A DNA stretch of 64,000 bases. It comes from Escherichia phage Cyrano. The stretch lies in sequence record OV696614; one strand, written 5' to 3'. The notes beneath the pieces are model-generated. The model ran no database searches. It was given only the letters and a program-made list of their open reading frames with translations, and was not told the origin of the DNA. Shown piece after piece: positions 48,812-58,841 of the stretch (the first letter of the stretch is position 1; the number at the start of each line of letters is the position of its first letter). Position numbers and translations under genes: made by a program.

Positions 48812-49111
48812 ATGTTGAACATTACCCAAGCCTACCAGGTGGCATTGATCAGTTCATCTCATACATCAGAGGAAGATGCTCGCCGATTCATGATCGCAAG
48901 CAATGAGCTGGATTGGGTTTCACAAATTGATGGCGGTTGTATTGTCCACGCCGGGTTACAGGATGATGTCTGGAAAGAGGACTTGCGTCGATATGGTATA
49001 TCCGAAGGCGCGATTGCTAACATTCAGAAAGTACTTGATGTAGGCTTTGACTCTGTACATTTTGATTGTGGTGCACCGGTCGTTGAAGGGCTTGAGTGCT
49101 GGAACTGGTAA
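48812..49111 (+). CDS. hypothetical protein
   Basis: ATG with GGAGTGG RBS, preceded by two copies of the AAAACAAnTTGTTT motif. Confidence 0.45.
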   Translation: MLNITQAYQVALISSSHTSEEDARRFMIASNELDWVSQIDGGCIVHAGLQDDVWKEDLRRYGISEGAIANIQKVLDVGFDSVHFDCGAPVVEGLECWNW

Positions 49112-49156
49112 CAGATATTAAAGCATTGGTAGTTTGTTTTTAGGATTATCAAAGAA

Positions 49157-49891
49157 ATGAAAAAGTTGAAAAGTTTAGAAATCCCTGGAACTGGTTATAA
49201 ATTCTTTATGGACAACGCGGAGTGTGCACCTAACGCGTTGGAAAAAATACAAAGTCTTATCAACAGCCTTACTGAAGAAGCGAAAGAACTGAAGAGCGAG
49301 GCGACAAAGGACAATACAGCTAAAATCCAATGCTTAAATCTCGTCTCTTATTGTTTATATCAAGTATCCAAAACACTGATTAAAGGCAATATCTATTACG
49401 ACGATGAAGACACCTCGACACCTGAAGAAAAAGATAGCGATGAAGAACTCTATGAAGATATCTCTACTAGTGCGGGTCACGCTGCCTTCGATGCTATGGG
49501 TGAATCGTCAGGCATCAGATCATTTGTTGAACAGAACAATTCGACAATAATGATTGAGTACTGTGAACAAACAAGCTCCAAGGCCATACATGTTCTTCAC
49601 GATGTTGCTGCAGGGGTTCGCTGTGAGGCTGAAGCGGTCAGAAAAGATGTATTTGGTGCAGACAGTAATACCGTGAAAGCGTTTATCAACAGTGCTCTGC
49701 TAAATTCTTACTCAAACCTTATAGTCAATGCGGCACTATGCGCAAATTCAGGTGAAGAACACATTGTCATAACTGAAACCAAACATGAGCATCAACAGTC
49801 ACCAACCATAGAAGAGGTAACTGCATTGGCTATCAAACAGGCGAGTGAAATTAGTGATGAAATTCTCTCTCTGCTAAACAAAACTAAGTAA
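49157..49891 (+). CDS. hypothetical protein, AT-rich gene
   Basis: 244-codon ORF with low GC and an acidic central segment; no recognisable motif. Confidence 0.45.
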   Translation: MKKLKSLEIPGTGYKFFMDNAECAPNALEKIQSLINSLTEEAKELKSEATKDNTAKIQCLNLVSYCLYQVSKTLIKGNIYYDDEDTSTPEEKDSDEELYEDISTSAGHAAFDAMGESSGIRSFVEQNNSTIMIEYCEQTSSKAIHVLHDVAAGVRCEAEAVRKDVFGADSNTVKAFINSALLNSYSNLIVNAALCANSGEEHIVITETKHEHQQSPTIEEVTALAIKQASEISDEILSLLNKTK

Positions 49892-49994
49892 AACATTGAT
49901 AATGGCGGTCACAATTTGATTCTTTTCTATAAGAATCCGTTGATCGCCACTACTCCCCTTCCATACCCGCAACCACATCCTTAAATATCAATAA

Positions 49995-50790
49995 GTTATA
50001 GTTGTTTATACAATCAAGAAAACAACTGAATAACAGATCAACGAAACGTCAACGCTTTCACCCGATTTGGCCTAAAAAATTGACGTTTTCACACATCACT
50101 GCTTATACCCGTAATTCTACGCAGCAGACAGCACCACAGCGTTCAATTTTCACCACAGACGACTCAACACACTACCAACAAAAACACACGCTCAAAATCG
50201 CTCCCGTTGCGTTACATAACCATATAAACAACTTATTTTCAGGCATAACAAAACAACTAAATAACACATATGCCATTACCCAAAACAACCAACCTCTTTA
50301 TGGCAGGCTACCGAAAAGACCCACCTCTTCTTCCCAGGCTACCGGACAACCAACCTAACTTTCACAGGCAATCCGAAAACATTCATACGCGCGATACCCA
50401 CGACACGCCATTACCCAAACAGCGAAGAAACACCAGAATCACTGAAACCCCAACGAAGCCTGTAACCGCAAGGTTTCTCTCAATCCCAAAAGACACGAAA
50501 CATAACAATCACGGGAAACGCCATTACCCAATACACGAATAACTACAAAAGCCTTTCACACACTCCAGACAAACAACTCAAACACAATAACGAAAGGAAT
50601 CGCCCACCTGCCATTACTCCATACACGGAGAAGAACAATCACCAAAACGACGAGAACACCCCATAGAAGAACCACCGCAAAACTAACGAAACCACATACA
50701 CCGACAGAGAAAACAACACACCCAATTCACCAACAGAAATAGTCGCCGTATAGAACGTTCTGGAAGGAGTGAGCATTAACGCCTATAGAG
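49995..50790. repeat. G-depleted CA-rich non-coding segment with GCCATTACCCAA direct repeats
   Basis: About 800 nt with very few G on the plus strand; GCCATTAC(C/T)CAA(A/T)ACA recurs at about 50271, 50408, 50519 and 50600; CAGGCTACCG recurs at 50303 and 50336. Confidence 0.55.
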
Positions 50791-50939
50791 AGGTTGAAAC
50801 AGATAAAACACGAAGAAAACACAACATGTATAGCGAACAAGACAGGTATGTATAAGTGGGGAGGGAAGGAGGGGTGTCGCCTCCTTTTTCGTATTTATTC
50901 AACTCCTGATTTTATCCCCCGTAACACCCCTACGGTCAG

Positions 50940-51100
50940 CCTTCGGTCCATACAGGGAAAAGGCTGCATCCCGCTACAGAAACGGCTGGGTTGCCTTCGG
51001 GGAACGGCTGGAGGTTTTCAGGGAAACGGTCGAGTTGCCTGTGTGGATTTCGGGAAAAGGCTCGATGCCGGTTCAGGAACGGCGGCGTACCGGTATAGCG
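50940..51100. repeat. array of GGAAACGGC-type direct repeats
   Basis: CAGGGAAAAGGCTGC, CAGAAACGGCTGG, GGGGAACGGCTGG, CAGGGAAACGGTCG, CGGGAAAAGGCTCG and CAGGAACGGCGGCG at roughly 20-25 bp spacing; a similar array lies at 54604-54720. Confidence 0.55.
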
Positions 51101-51425
51101 TGAGGGAGAGTTGCGGCTACCCACCTGTAATGTGCGGGAAGAAGAGAGGCGCTCACGTGCAGGCGAACTTACTTACCGCAGGATTCCCTCTGAATGCCCA
51201 ACTACAGCGTAATTGTGCCAGACAGCCAACGGGCCACAATCGATTTCAGTAGGTTTTCGGGGAGATGATTATTCTGCCCACCAGCCACCTTCGGCCACTA
51301 AATCAGAATAATGTAAAAAGTGTACTCGGTACTGAACCTGAAAACTCACTGCCAAAACCACATTCACCGGAATAAAATCCTTTTTCGCCTTTGCGTTATT
51401 GCGATAATAACACCATCAAGAAAAC

Positions 51426-51776
51426 ATGTTGTTTAAGGATTGCTTTATGTTTGCAAATATCGACATCAACCAAATTAAGAAATTGACTCAAAAAGAGTTT
51501 GACCAGTTTTATGAGTTAGAAGGTTGGTCTTCCACTCTGATTAATTCAAGATGGGTGCTGGAACTGATGACTCGTGATGACGCACCTGCTTTGATGATCA
51601 GCGACCTGGGTGAAGATGCTGACTTTATGGATATGAGCGAATTTTGTGTGGACACATACAACCGCAGCCAGAAGTACTACTTCACATGCGATAGCGAAAA
51701 TGACGTGATTTCTAAGGTCTATCTTCACCTCGTCCAGCATTGGGACGTTCAGGAGTTTCTTGAGGTATTCGCGTAA
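51426..51776 (+). CDS. hypothetical protein (small-gene cassette)
   Basis: 116-codon ORF preceded by CGATAATAACACCATCAAGAAAACATGTTGTTT promoter-like motif. Confidence 0.45.
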   Translation: MLFKDCFMFANIDINQIKKLTQKEFDQFYELEGWSSTLINSRWVLELMTRDDAPALMISDLGEDADFMDMSEFCVDTYNRSQKYYFTCDSENDVISKVYLHLVQHWDVQEFLEVFA

Positions 51777-51930
51777 TCACAACCAAAGCCAGCAATGCTG
51801 GCTTAACTTAATCTGTAGCCGCAGGGAAGAACCTGCATATCGCTCATGCACCTGATCAATATGCTTTGTAGCCGTTTTCTTACTGGTATTATTTACGCCA
51901 TTGAGAAAACAAGTTGTTTACGGAGTTGTG

Positions 51931-52242
51931 ATGAAAAAATCATTGGTTCTTGGTCTGGACAAAGACCAGAAGAGAAAAGAGAAGCCTGCGCTGGTTGCTC
52001 AATTAACTTTGCTGGACATCGTTGCCAATGGAACCTCTATTCGTCTGTTCCGTGAAACAGCGGTGTCTTTCGATAAAAACACCTTTACTCGTTATGTAAT
52101 GAATGTTCGTCGCCAGCGTGGAAAAGGCTGGGTGGCATTTCAAAGAATGTGGCCGGAACATCAGCTCGAACTGGCTTTGATGGAAGTTAACCGCGTGGCC
52201 CAGCAAGAGATTCAGAGAGCATCAGTGATGGCAATAGCCTGA
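51931..52242 (+). CDS. hypothetical protein (small-gene cassette)
   Basis: Start set at ATG 51931 (GGAG RBS) after the AAAACAAGTTGTTT motif; followed by a terminator hairpin at 52277. Confidence 0.45.
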   Translation: MKKSLVLGLDKDQKRKEKPALVAQLTLLDIVANGTSIRLFRETAVSFDKNTFTRYVMNVRRQRGKGWVAFQRMWPEHQLELALMEVNRVAQQEIQRASVMAIA

Positions 52243-52276
52243 TAATGTGCAAGTGGTAATTAGTCGACAGTACGAC

Positions 52277-52307
52277 AGCCCCGCCATCCTTACGGGGCTT
52301 TTTTTGT
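52277..52307 (+). terminator. rho-independent terminator
   Basis: Hairpin CCCCG-CCATCCTTA-CGGGG followed by CTTTTTTT. Confidence 0.55.
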
Positions 52308-52369
52308 ATTGTAAGTACATACTTACGATCATAGAATATAAAAATAACCAAAACACTACGGAGAGTGAA

Positions 52370-52765
52370 ATGACCGTTAAACGCGAAAAACTGACAGTTG
52401 ATGTTTACTATGCCTCTGAAACCGCCGAAGGTAAGAATGTGGCAAAAATCACCGTTGTTACGTACAACACCGAAACTGGCGCCGAAGTCCAGGCCAGTAC
52501 GATCGTGCGTAAAGGTGATGCCTCCGGCGGCGAGTACGCGACTCAATACCAGTCTATTTTCGATGCAACTGACCCGCTGCTGCTGAAAATCGAGAACTAC
52601 TTCCGCCAGGTTGATGAAGAGGTGTTTGAAACCATGATGAATATGGTTAACACCGTATTCGCCTCCAGCCTGAATACCAACACTACCTGGATTGGTCAGT
52701 ACGGCCTGCGCATTACCTCTGGCATTCCTGCCGACACCTTAATCCCTGAAAGCGTATTCGCTTAA
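52370..52765 (+). CDS. hypothetical protein (small-gene cassette)
   Basis: Start set at ATG 52370 with GGAGAG RBS; followed by terminator hairpin AATGGCGCG-TAAA-CCGCGCCATT. Confidence 0.45.
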   Translation: MTVKREKLTVDVYYASETAEGKNVAKITVVTYNTETGAEVQASTIVRKGDASGGEYATQYQSIFDATDPLLLKIENYFRQVDEEVFETMMNMVNTVFASSLNTNTTWIGQYGLRITSGIPADTLIPESVFA

Positions 52766-52882
52766 TCCTCTTTAAATGGCGCGTAAACCGCGCCATTTTA
52801 TTAAGCCCGATAACAATTTGTTTTCTGCCTTATCTGATTTGTGAAAATGATTTCACTGAAGCAACTTAATAAGGAAACCATC

Positions 52883-53257
52883 ATGGGACTTGATATCTAT
52901 ATCGAGACACAGCCTAAAAACGATCTGAATAACGAGGCATCCAGAAAGCGGGTTGCTTACTTCCGTAAGTTCAATGCGCTCGTTGGGTGGATGGAGCGCA
53001 ACGTAGGTGAAGTCGAAAATTGTGAGCTTTTAGAATTAACGATGAATGACATTTGTTTTCTGAAGGCTCATTTGATGCACATAAACGAAAGTAATTGCGA
53101 AGAGTACTTGCCTACCCGGGAAGGTTTTTTCTTCGGCAGTCAGGAGTACGATGAAGGTTACTGGCATGATGTGGGGGAGTTGAAAGAGCTTGTGGAAGAT
53201 CTGATTAAGAACCACGACTTTCACAATAACAGACTGACCTTCTGCGCCTGGTGGTAA
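52883..53257 (+). CDS. hypothetical protein (small-gene cassette)
   Basis: Start set at ATG 52883 (AAGGAAACC RBS) because the listed start lies inside the conserved upstream motif. Confidence 0.45.
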   Translation: MGLDIYIETQPKNDLNNEASRKRVAYFRKFNALVGWMERNVGEVENCELLELTMNDICFLKAHLMHINESNCEEYLPTREGFFFGSQEYDEGYWHDVGELKELVEDLIKNHDFHNNRLTFCAWW

Positions 53258-53407
53258 ATATGGGCGATTTCAAGAAACGCCTGAAGGAGAGAGCCGAGAT
53301 GGTCAGAAAGCGAAACGCCTCTTCTGTCATCAGATACGCAAGGCAGTTTAGTCGCAACAACAAATCAGTTGAGGAAAAGATCCTTAGCGTAATCGGGCGA
53401 TAATTAT

Positions 53408-53433
53408 TAAGGCCACCAGCATTGGTGGTCTTA
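53408..53433. terminator. hairpin element, one of a near-identical pair flanking the 53587 gene
   Basis: AAGGCCACCAGCATTGGTGGTCTT here and AAGGCCACCAATGCTGGTGGCCTT at 53880-53906, each followed by AAATGAC. Confidence 0.5.
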
Positions 53434-53586
53434 AATGACTTTTAATAACCGAAGGTTAGTTTGAAACCTGGCTATCAACTTCCAGAACCTTTCTTGTGTA
53501 TTCAGCCTGTATTAACTTCTTTTATGCCTTATCTACACTGCGATAATTACACCAACAAGAAAACAACATGTTTACGCAGTGAGGAT

Positions 53587-53874
53587 ATGCTCATGACTGA
53601 TTTCACCATTACCCCTAAAGCACAAAATGTATTCCTTGAATCATGGCTGGACTTGCCGGAAACAGAACAGCAAGAAATGGATCATGTGGATTATGACGAG
53701 CAGGTAAGCACGCGATTCTTCCACTTTGAGGGATGCGTTTACGACATTGCCGACTTCATGCGAGATGACCGCTTCCCTGAATGGCACGCAAGCTATCCAC
53801 TAAACGCCTTTGCCATGCTGATGATCCGTGTGGATGATTCAGGGGATACCATCGACATCGGTCTGCTCCACTAA
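53587..53874 (+). CDS. hypothetical acidic protein (small-gene cassette)
   Basis: Start set at ATG 53587 after the GATAATTACACCAACAAGAAAACAACATGTTT motif; bracketed by the hairpin pair. Confidence 0.45.
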   Translation: MLMTDFTITPKAQNVFLESWLDLPETEQQEMDHVDYDEQVSTRFFHFEGCVYDIADFMRDDRFPEWHASYPLNAFAMLMIRVDDSGDTIDIGLLH

Positions 53875-54078
53875 AGATTAAGGCCACCAATGCTGGTGGC
53901 CTTAAATGACCATCCTGTTTCCCGCAGGCTAAAAACACCAACCTCTTACCTCCAGGCAACCGACAAACCCACCTGTTCCCGTCCGGCTACCGCAACTTTC
54001 CACTTTGACGCCTTATTCGTACAACGATAATTAACACCAACAAGAAAACAATTTGTTATTTACGATAAGGAATTAATC

Positions 54079-54561
54079 ATGAATTTTATCGCTACTGTAA
54101 ACGCACCCGCACATGGCAATATCGCTGTAACGTTCTCTGACATTGAAAAACGAGTACTTGGTGCATGGCGCGACAATGAGACGGTAGAACTGTCAGCACA
54201 AGAAAAATGCATTATTGCACGCGACATCATTGGCAATCGTCGTTACTCGCGGGTATTTGAGAAAGCATATGTGGTAAATTCTGGATTCGGAACGTTCGTC
54301 TTTCCGGTGCGCTCCGGGCGATTCTGCCAGTCCAAGCTGATTGAGTTCGCTACGCAGATTTCTGTCTGGATTAAAACTCAATCGTCGTTCAAATTTTCCG
54401 ACGATGAAGCAGTATCGCAGGGGATGCGGATCGCCAACAATGCGATTAAATGCAAAAACATTACGTATACCGCTGGCGTTGATACATGGAAACTGTTTTG
54501 CGCTAACTTTATGCTGAATGTATACGCAAGCAACCGCATCCACATCCTTGATGGCGTGTAA
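54079..54561 (+). CDS. hypothetical protein (small-gene cassette)
   Basis: 160-codon ORF preceded by CGATAATTAACACCAACAAGAAAACAATTTGTT motif. Confidence 0.45.
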   Translation: MNFIATVNAPAHGNIAVTFSDIEKRVLGAWRDNETVELSAQEKCIIARDIIGNRRYSRVFEKAYVVNSGFGTFVFPVRSGRFCQSKLIEFATQISVWIKTQSSFKFSDDEAVSQGMRIANNAIKCKNITYTAGVDTWKLFCANFMLNVYASNRIHILDGV

Positions 54562-55149
54562 CTGAGAAGAGGGCCAGAAACGGCCCTTTCTCTACAGCCA
54601 CCAGCTGCCGCAGGGAAATTTTCAGAAACGGCGAGGAACGTATTCATGAGCCGACGGGAAACGGCCAGGATTTTTTCGGGAAACGGCTGCATTCGCCTTT
54701 ATGTAGAAAAAACATCGGGAAGCTGGTGGAATCCAACCAGCGGTTGTCGGACAGGTGAGCGGGGAAAATCATGATGACTTTCGTCGCCTGAGACATCCAG
54801 ATTTCTTTCGTAGCGTAATCACATACGTGATTAAGTGGTGTGATTATGTGAAAAATCACGCGCACATAATACGCGAGCGGATACGGAACAAAACAAAATG
54901 CCGATCCGCGCCGACAATTAAACGCGGATCACATAGCAAGAATAAAAGCCAATGATTAACCATACACCATAACGCAATATAACGCGCTTAAATCGCGTTA
55001 ATGCGCTAAGTAATGGGTATGTACTGGTAAGGATATAAAAGCGCGTCTATGGCGTTATTTTGGCGCTTATTTTTATGTTGTTGGAGTGAGTCAAAGACAA
55101 TAAAAAAGCGCCATCATTGGCGCGTTATGGTGGGAGTATTGGAAACGAA

Positions 55150-55172
55150 AAAAGCGCCCATAGTGGGCGCTC
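55150..55172. terminator. bidirectional hairpin, one of an identical pair flanking the 55177-55407 gene
   Basis: AAAAGCGCCCATAGTGGGCGC occurs here and at 55425-55447, each with A-tract on one side and T-rich sequence on the other. Confidence 0.5.
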
Positions 55173-55176
55173 GATT

Positions 55177-55407
55177 TTATTTGTGTAAACTAATTTTGAA
55201 TCCCATTTCTACAAACGCTTTCAACATTAAAAATATATCAGCGTCATTCACGTCTGCTTTTTTTCGCTCCTGGTCGCTCAGTAAGTCAATTTTGCGCGTC
55301 GTTTCATCGATAAACTCGACTGCGCGCCCAGCGTAACCAGCGATCCCAGCGATGCGATTAACAAAATATTCATTGCGCACGTTAACGCCAGCGATAAGAA
55401 TAAACAT
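55177..55407 (-). CDS. hypothetical small protein
   Basis: 76-codon ORF exactly bracketed by the identical hairpins; no recognisable motif. Confidence 0.3.
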   Translation of the reverse strand: MFILIAGVNVRNEYFVNRIAGIAGYAGRAVEFIDETTRKIDLLSDQERKKADVNDADIFLMLKAFVEMGFKISLHK

Positions 55408-55454
55408 GATTAAGCTCCTTAAAAGCGCCCATAGTGGGCGCCAGATTCCATTAA

Positions 55455-56114
55455 TTACGCTTTGAAAGCATCAGCCAGATAGTTATAGAAATCATTTTTA
55501 ATAAAGCGATATTGCTGCGTACCAGCTTTTGCGCTTCCCATTCCTTTGACTTTCTCAACAAGTCCAAGACGTTCGCAAAGATTGATAAGCTGGTTGGCTT
55601 GAGTGTATCCTGCGTCTAATTTTATTTCGTTGGCTTTTTTCGCTTCATTCATTAAATCGAAAACAGCGCCATTTGTGAACGTCTCGATCTCGTCGTTAAT
55701 CATATCGATTAATGCGAATACACGAGATCCGGACATATCAGCGACGGAATAAACACACTTTCCAGCTTTAATGGATTTAACCAGATAAACCAGTTTTTCC
55801 AGAGAATAACTATTAGTCATTGCATCACGGAAAAATACTTCTGGCGCTTGTTTGCTTGCTTTGATCGCATAGTAGAAAACAGAGCACAATTTTTCGTCTT
55901 CTACTGCGTTTACGACGTTGTTGATGAAGTAAGCAAGTTTGGTGGTCGCAGCTTGCATATTTGCTTTGTCTGCTTTTGTGTGCGTACCATTTTTATAATG
56001 TTCGTTATATGTTTGAGTTGCCAGATCTGCTTTTTCGCGCAGCTCGTCGGATACAATGGCAGCAGCTTCAATGATGGACTTTTTAGAAATGATAATGTTA
56101 GTCATGATGGACAT
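55455..56114 (-). CDS. hypothetical protein
   Basis: 219-codon ORF; C-terminal segment may be HTH-like but is not diagnostic. Confidence 0.45.
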   Translation of the reverse strand: MSIMTNIIISKKSIIEAAAIVSDELREKADLATQTYNEHYKNGTHTKADKANMQAATTKLAYFINNVVNAVEDEKLCSVFYYAIKASKQAPEVFFRDAMTNSYSLEKLVYLVKSIKAGKCVYSVADMSGSRVFALIDMINDEIETFTNGAVFDLMNEAKKANEIKLDAGYTQANQLINLCERLGLVEKVKGMGSAKAGTQQYRFIKNDFYNYLADAFKA

Positions 56115-56400
56115 CCTTACGAAAAATTAAAATGAATTTATTTTTTACTGTCGTTAGCTAGCTCGCTTTCGACGAGTTCAATTATCGATACGTGAAAAAA
56201 GATTGCAAGTATTTTTTTTAAATTTTCTGCAGGGATGAAAGTCCTAGAAATAAAAGCGAGATCGTCGAAGGTGTTCCCTAAATAAATAATCAATTCGGGC
56301 TTTTAACCTTATATATTTATACAGAGTGACATTGAAAGAGTTTTAAATGAATGGCATGTAAAATAATAACCGGGCTTAGCCGGTTATTACCCTTATAGAT

Positions 56401-56922
56401 TTAAAATGGAAGGATTCGTTCAACCCAATCGAAGAAAACAAGTATTTTTCTGCCGTCTTCTAATTTAAGAGTGACCTGGCAAGCATCAACGCCTCTTGAC
56501 ACCCCTTCTATTTCACGACCGTCTGTCATGTAGACCCTTATAGATTGGTCGTTTTGATAAGCCTTGCGACATATCGCAAAAAAGTCACGGCGTGATGGCT
56601 GATTGTCAACATAGTCTGGATGTATTGTTAGCCTACCTTTGAACTCGCGAGCAATGCCATCGATTACACCTGATTCAATTGTGCTAATGCGCTCAAGTGG
56701 GAGTCTTATACGATTTTCTTTATCATATGGAAGCGGGCATAAATCTAGCTTATTGCGGGAAGGCATTGTCCCCTGAACGTACATGCAAAACACCTGACCG
56801 TCTTCAAGCGTGACTCTTACAGGAATGTTGTTCTTCCGCCAGAACATAAGTATGTTTTCAGCATGTTCGTAGTCTCGCGGCCAGACTTCAGCCGGTATGC
56901 CGTAGGTGATGTCTTTAACCAT
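56401..56922 (-). CDS. hypothetical protein
   Basis: 173-codon ORF in an AT-rich stretch. Confidence 0.45.
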   Translation of the reverse strand: MVKDITYGIPAEVWPRDYEHAENILMFWRKNNIPVRVTLEDGQVFCMYVQGTMPSRNKLDLCPLPYDKENRIRLPLERISTIESGVIDGIAREFKGRLTIHPDYVDNQPSRRDFFAICRKAYQNDQSIRVYMTDGREIEGVSRGVDACQVTLKLEDGRKILVFFDWVERILPF

Positions 56923-57024
56923 AGTCTACCTTTTTAAGTCTTTTTTGGTCATTATATACATCTCTATGATGCGTAGACAGACTAACCGTACATTCCACCA
57001 AAAATTGATTATGGAATAAGTTTC

Positions 57025-57825
57025 ATGAAGAATGGGGTGAATAAAAAATACTCATTAGCATTGTTAATAGCGGCTTTACTATTAACAGGTTGTGATTCTG
57101 ATGAAGAGCGAGCCATAGATCTAGTTGAAAAGGATATTCGCTCTACACTGCTAGATCCTGATGCTGGTCGGTTCACGAATATGCGAGCTATTCAGTTAGG
57201 TGAAAATAGCTATTCATATATGGTATGTGGAGAGGTGAATGGCAAAAACGTCTTGAACGCCTATACAGGTGCGACCGCATTCAATGCGCACATCTTTGAT
57301 GTTCGTGAACGTAACCCGATTGTATTCGTTACAATGGATAAAAGTGCCAACTCGGCAAGAGAACGATTACGTTTTGAACGCCAAAATCTAGCATGTAAAG
57401 AAAACGGTGTGAAACTTTATCTGGAAAACGAATCTAAAATCAGGAAGGAAAAAGAGAAAATAGATGATTTAAAAAAAACTCCATTAGGTCAGGCTGTGTT
57501 TGATGCAGCAAGTGATTCGACATATGTGAGTAGAGAGTTGGGCGAATCGAGAGGTGTTAGTGAAGTGTATGCAAGAGAAAATGATAAATATGCTCTTGTT
57601 AGCGTCACCAATTATGACACTCCTGACTTTTACAAATTTAGGAAAAAAGACAACGGTGAACTAGAACCTGTTAGGGGACTGTCCTATACCGGCTATCCAT
57701 TCGCGGTTACACTGTGCCATTCTGAACAAACAGATTATGACAAATGTATAACAGAAGAAGAAATCAAGTTGCTTCGAGACGAAAAGAATAAGCTCGATGA
57801 TTTTGTCGTGCCACCAGAAGAATAA
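57025..57825 (+). CDS. lipoprotein of unknown function
   Basis: Signal peptide ending in lipobox LLTGC; AT-rich gene. Confidence 0.5.
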   Translation: MKNGVNKKYSLALLIAALLLTGCDSDEERAIDLVEKDIRSTLLDPDAGRFTNMRAIQLGENSYSYMVCGEVNGKNVLNAYTGATAFNAHIFDVRERNPIVFVTMDKSANSARERLRFERQNLACKENGVKLYLENESKIRKEKEKIDDLKKTPLGQAVFDAASDSTYVSRELGESRGVSEVYARENDKYALVSVTNYDTPDFYKFRKKDNGELEPVRGLSYTGYPFAVTLCHSEQTDYDKCITEEEIKLLRDEKNKLDDFVVPPEE

Positions 57826-58209
57826 CATATACAAAATATTTAATTGCTGTAAAATTTAATCGTTCAGACATAGGGAAAGCCCGACGCCCTCGACAAATCT
57901 TTTTGGTATTGTCGAGGGCGTGTTTCAGATATGCATCCTATTGAACTCTTCAGATTTATAGGTAGATAGCGTTAATTAGCGTTTTTGTTCTTCTCTTTTT
58001 TGCTAATTTCATCACATGCAATATCATCTACTATATTTCTTAGGTCACACGTTTTTATAAATTGTCGCATATATCCTCCGAATTTCTTCGGAGGCGAAGC
58101 CTACAAATATCATTTAGCCTATCAAGATCTTTTTCAGCCGAAGGTATATACATTCAAAAATGTGATGAATGTCACATGCAGGTGCTCTCATACACCTGCA
58201 TGTAGACTA

Positions 58210-58776
58210 TTAATCATTCAATAATCTATATTTTCTTTTGATTAAATCTTCACCTTTTTTGGTGAACACAAAACCAAATTGCGATTTTTTGTTCAGCCTA
58301 AGGACTCTGTTATCCAACGCATCTGTTGATGGAATCAATGTTTGATCATCTATCCAATTAAGCAGCGTAAGAAAGTTCAGCAGCCTCAACGTTGTTGTGC
58401 GAAGCTCTTTCGATATATTTTCAATGCTGGCAATTCGTCTTTCTTTTTTCTCAGGTGGTACAGATAATTGTTCTTGAGATTTCGTGGATAGATAATCAAT
58501 TTCGTTTGTTGCATCGAATGATATGTGAGGCGTAATTTTGCTAAAAAAGCCTTTCGCTGACTCACTTGATAATAAACCAGACCTATTCATATCGTTTGTT
58601 ATTCTGTACAGGAGTGGACTGTGTTTCATTTCTGGATAACGTTGATAAAAGTTAAGCAATTCAAAAGCAGCATTAGCACCAACAAGAAAATCAGAAGGAT
58701 CGCTGACTTTCCAGAAAGAATGATTTTTCTTAGCGCCAGTGGTGTCAACAAATGATAATTCTTTTAACCAACTCAT
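58210..58776 (-). CDS. hypothetical protein, AT-rich, last gene of the helicase operon
   Basis: Start set at ATG 58776 (MSWLKEL...) with AAGGAG RBS; about 188 aa; low GC. Confidence 0.4.
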   Translation of the reverse strand: MSWLKELSFVDTTGAKKNHSFWKVSDPSDFLVGANAAFELLNFYQRYPEMKHSPLLYRITNDMNRSGLLSSESAKGFFSKITPHISFDATNEIDYLSTKSQEQLSVPPEKKERRIASIENISKELRTTTLRLLNFLTLLNWIDDQTLIPSTDALDNRVLRLNKKSQFGFVFTKKGEDLIKRKYRLLND

Positions 58777-58841
58777 GATGTGCTCCTTTCTAACAAGTGA
58801 GCACATCATAGAATTAGTAGATAGGGGGTAAATATGAAATG

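Noticed and set aside
50002-51252. ORFs of 118, 90 and 152 codons (50002-50358, 50270-50542, 50794-51252)
   Set aside because: They fall in the G-depleted CA-rich segment and the GGAAACGGC repeat array, where stop codons are rare by composition; translations are low-complexity and lack RBS-like starts.
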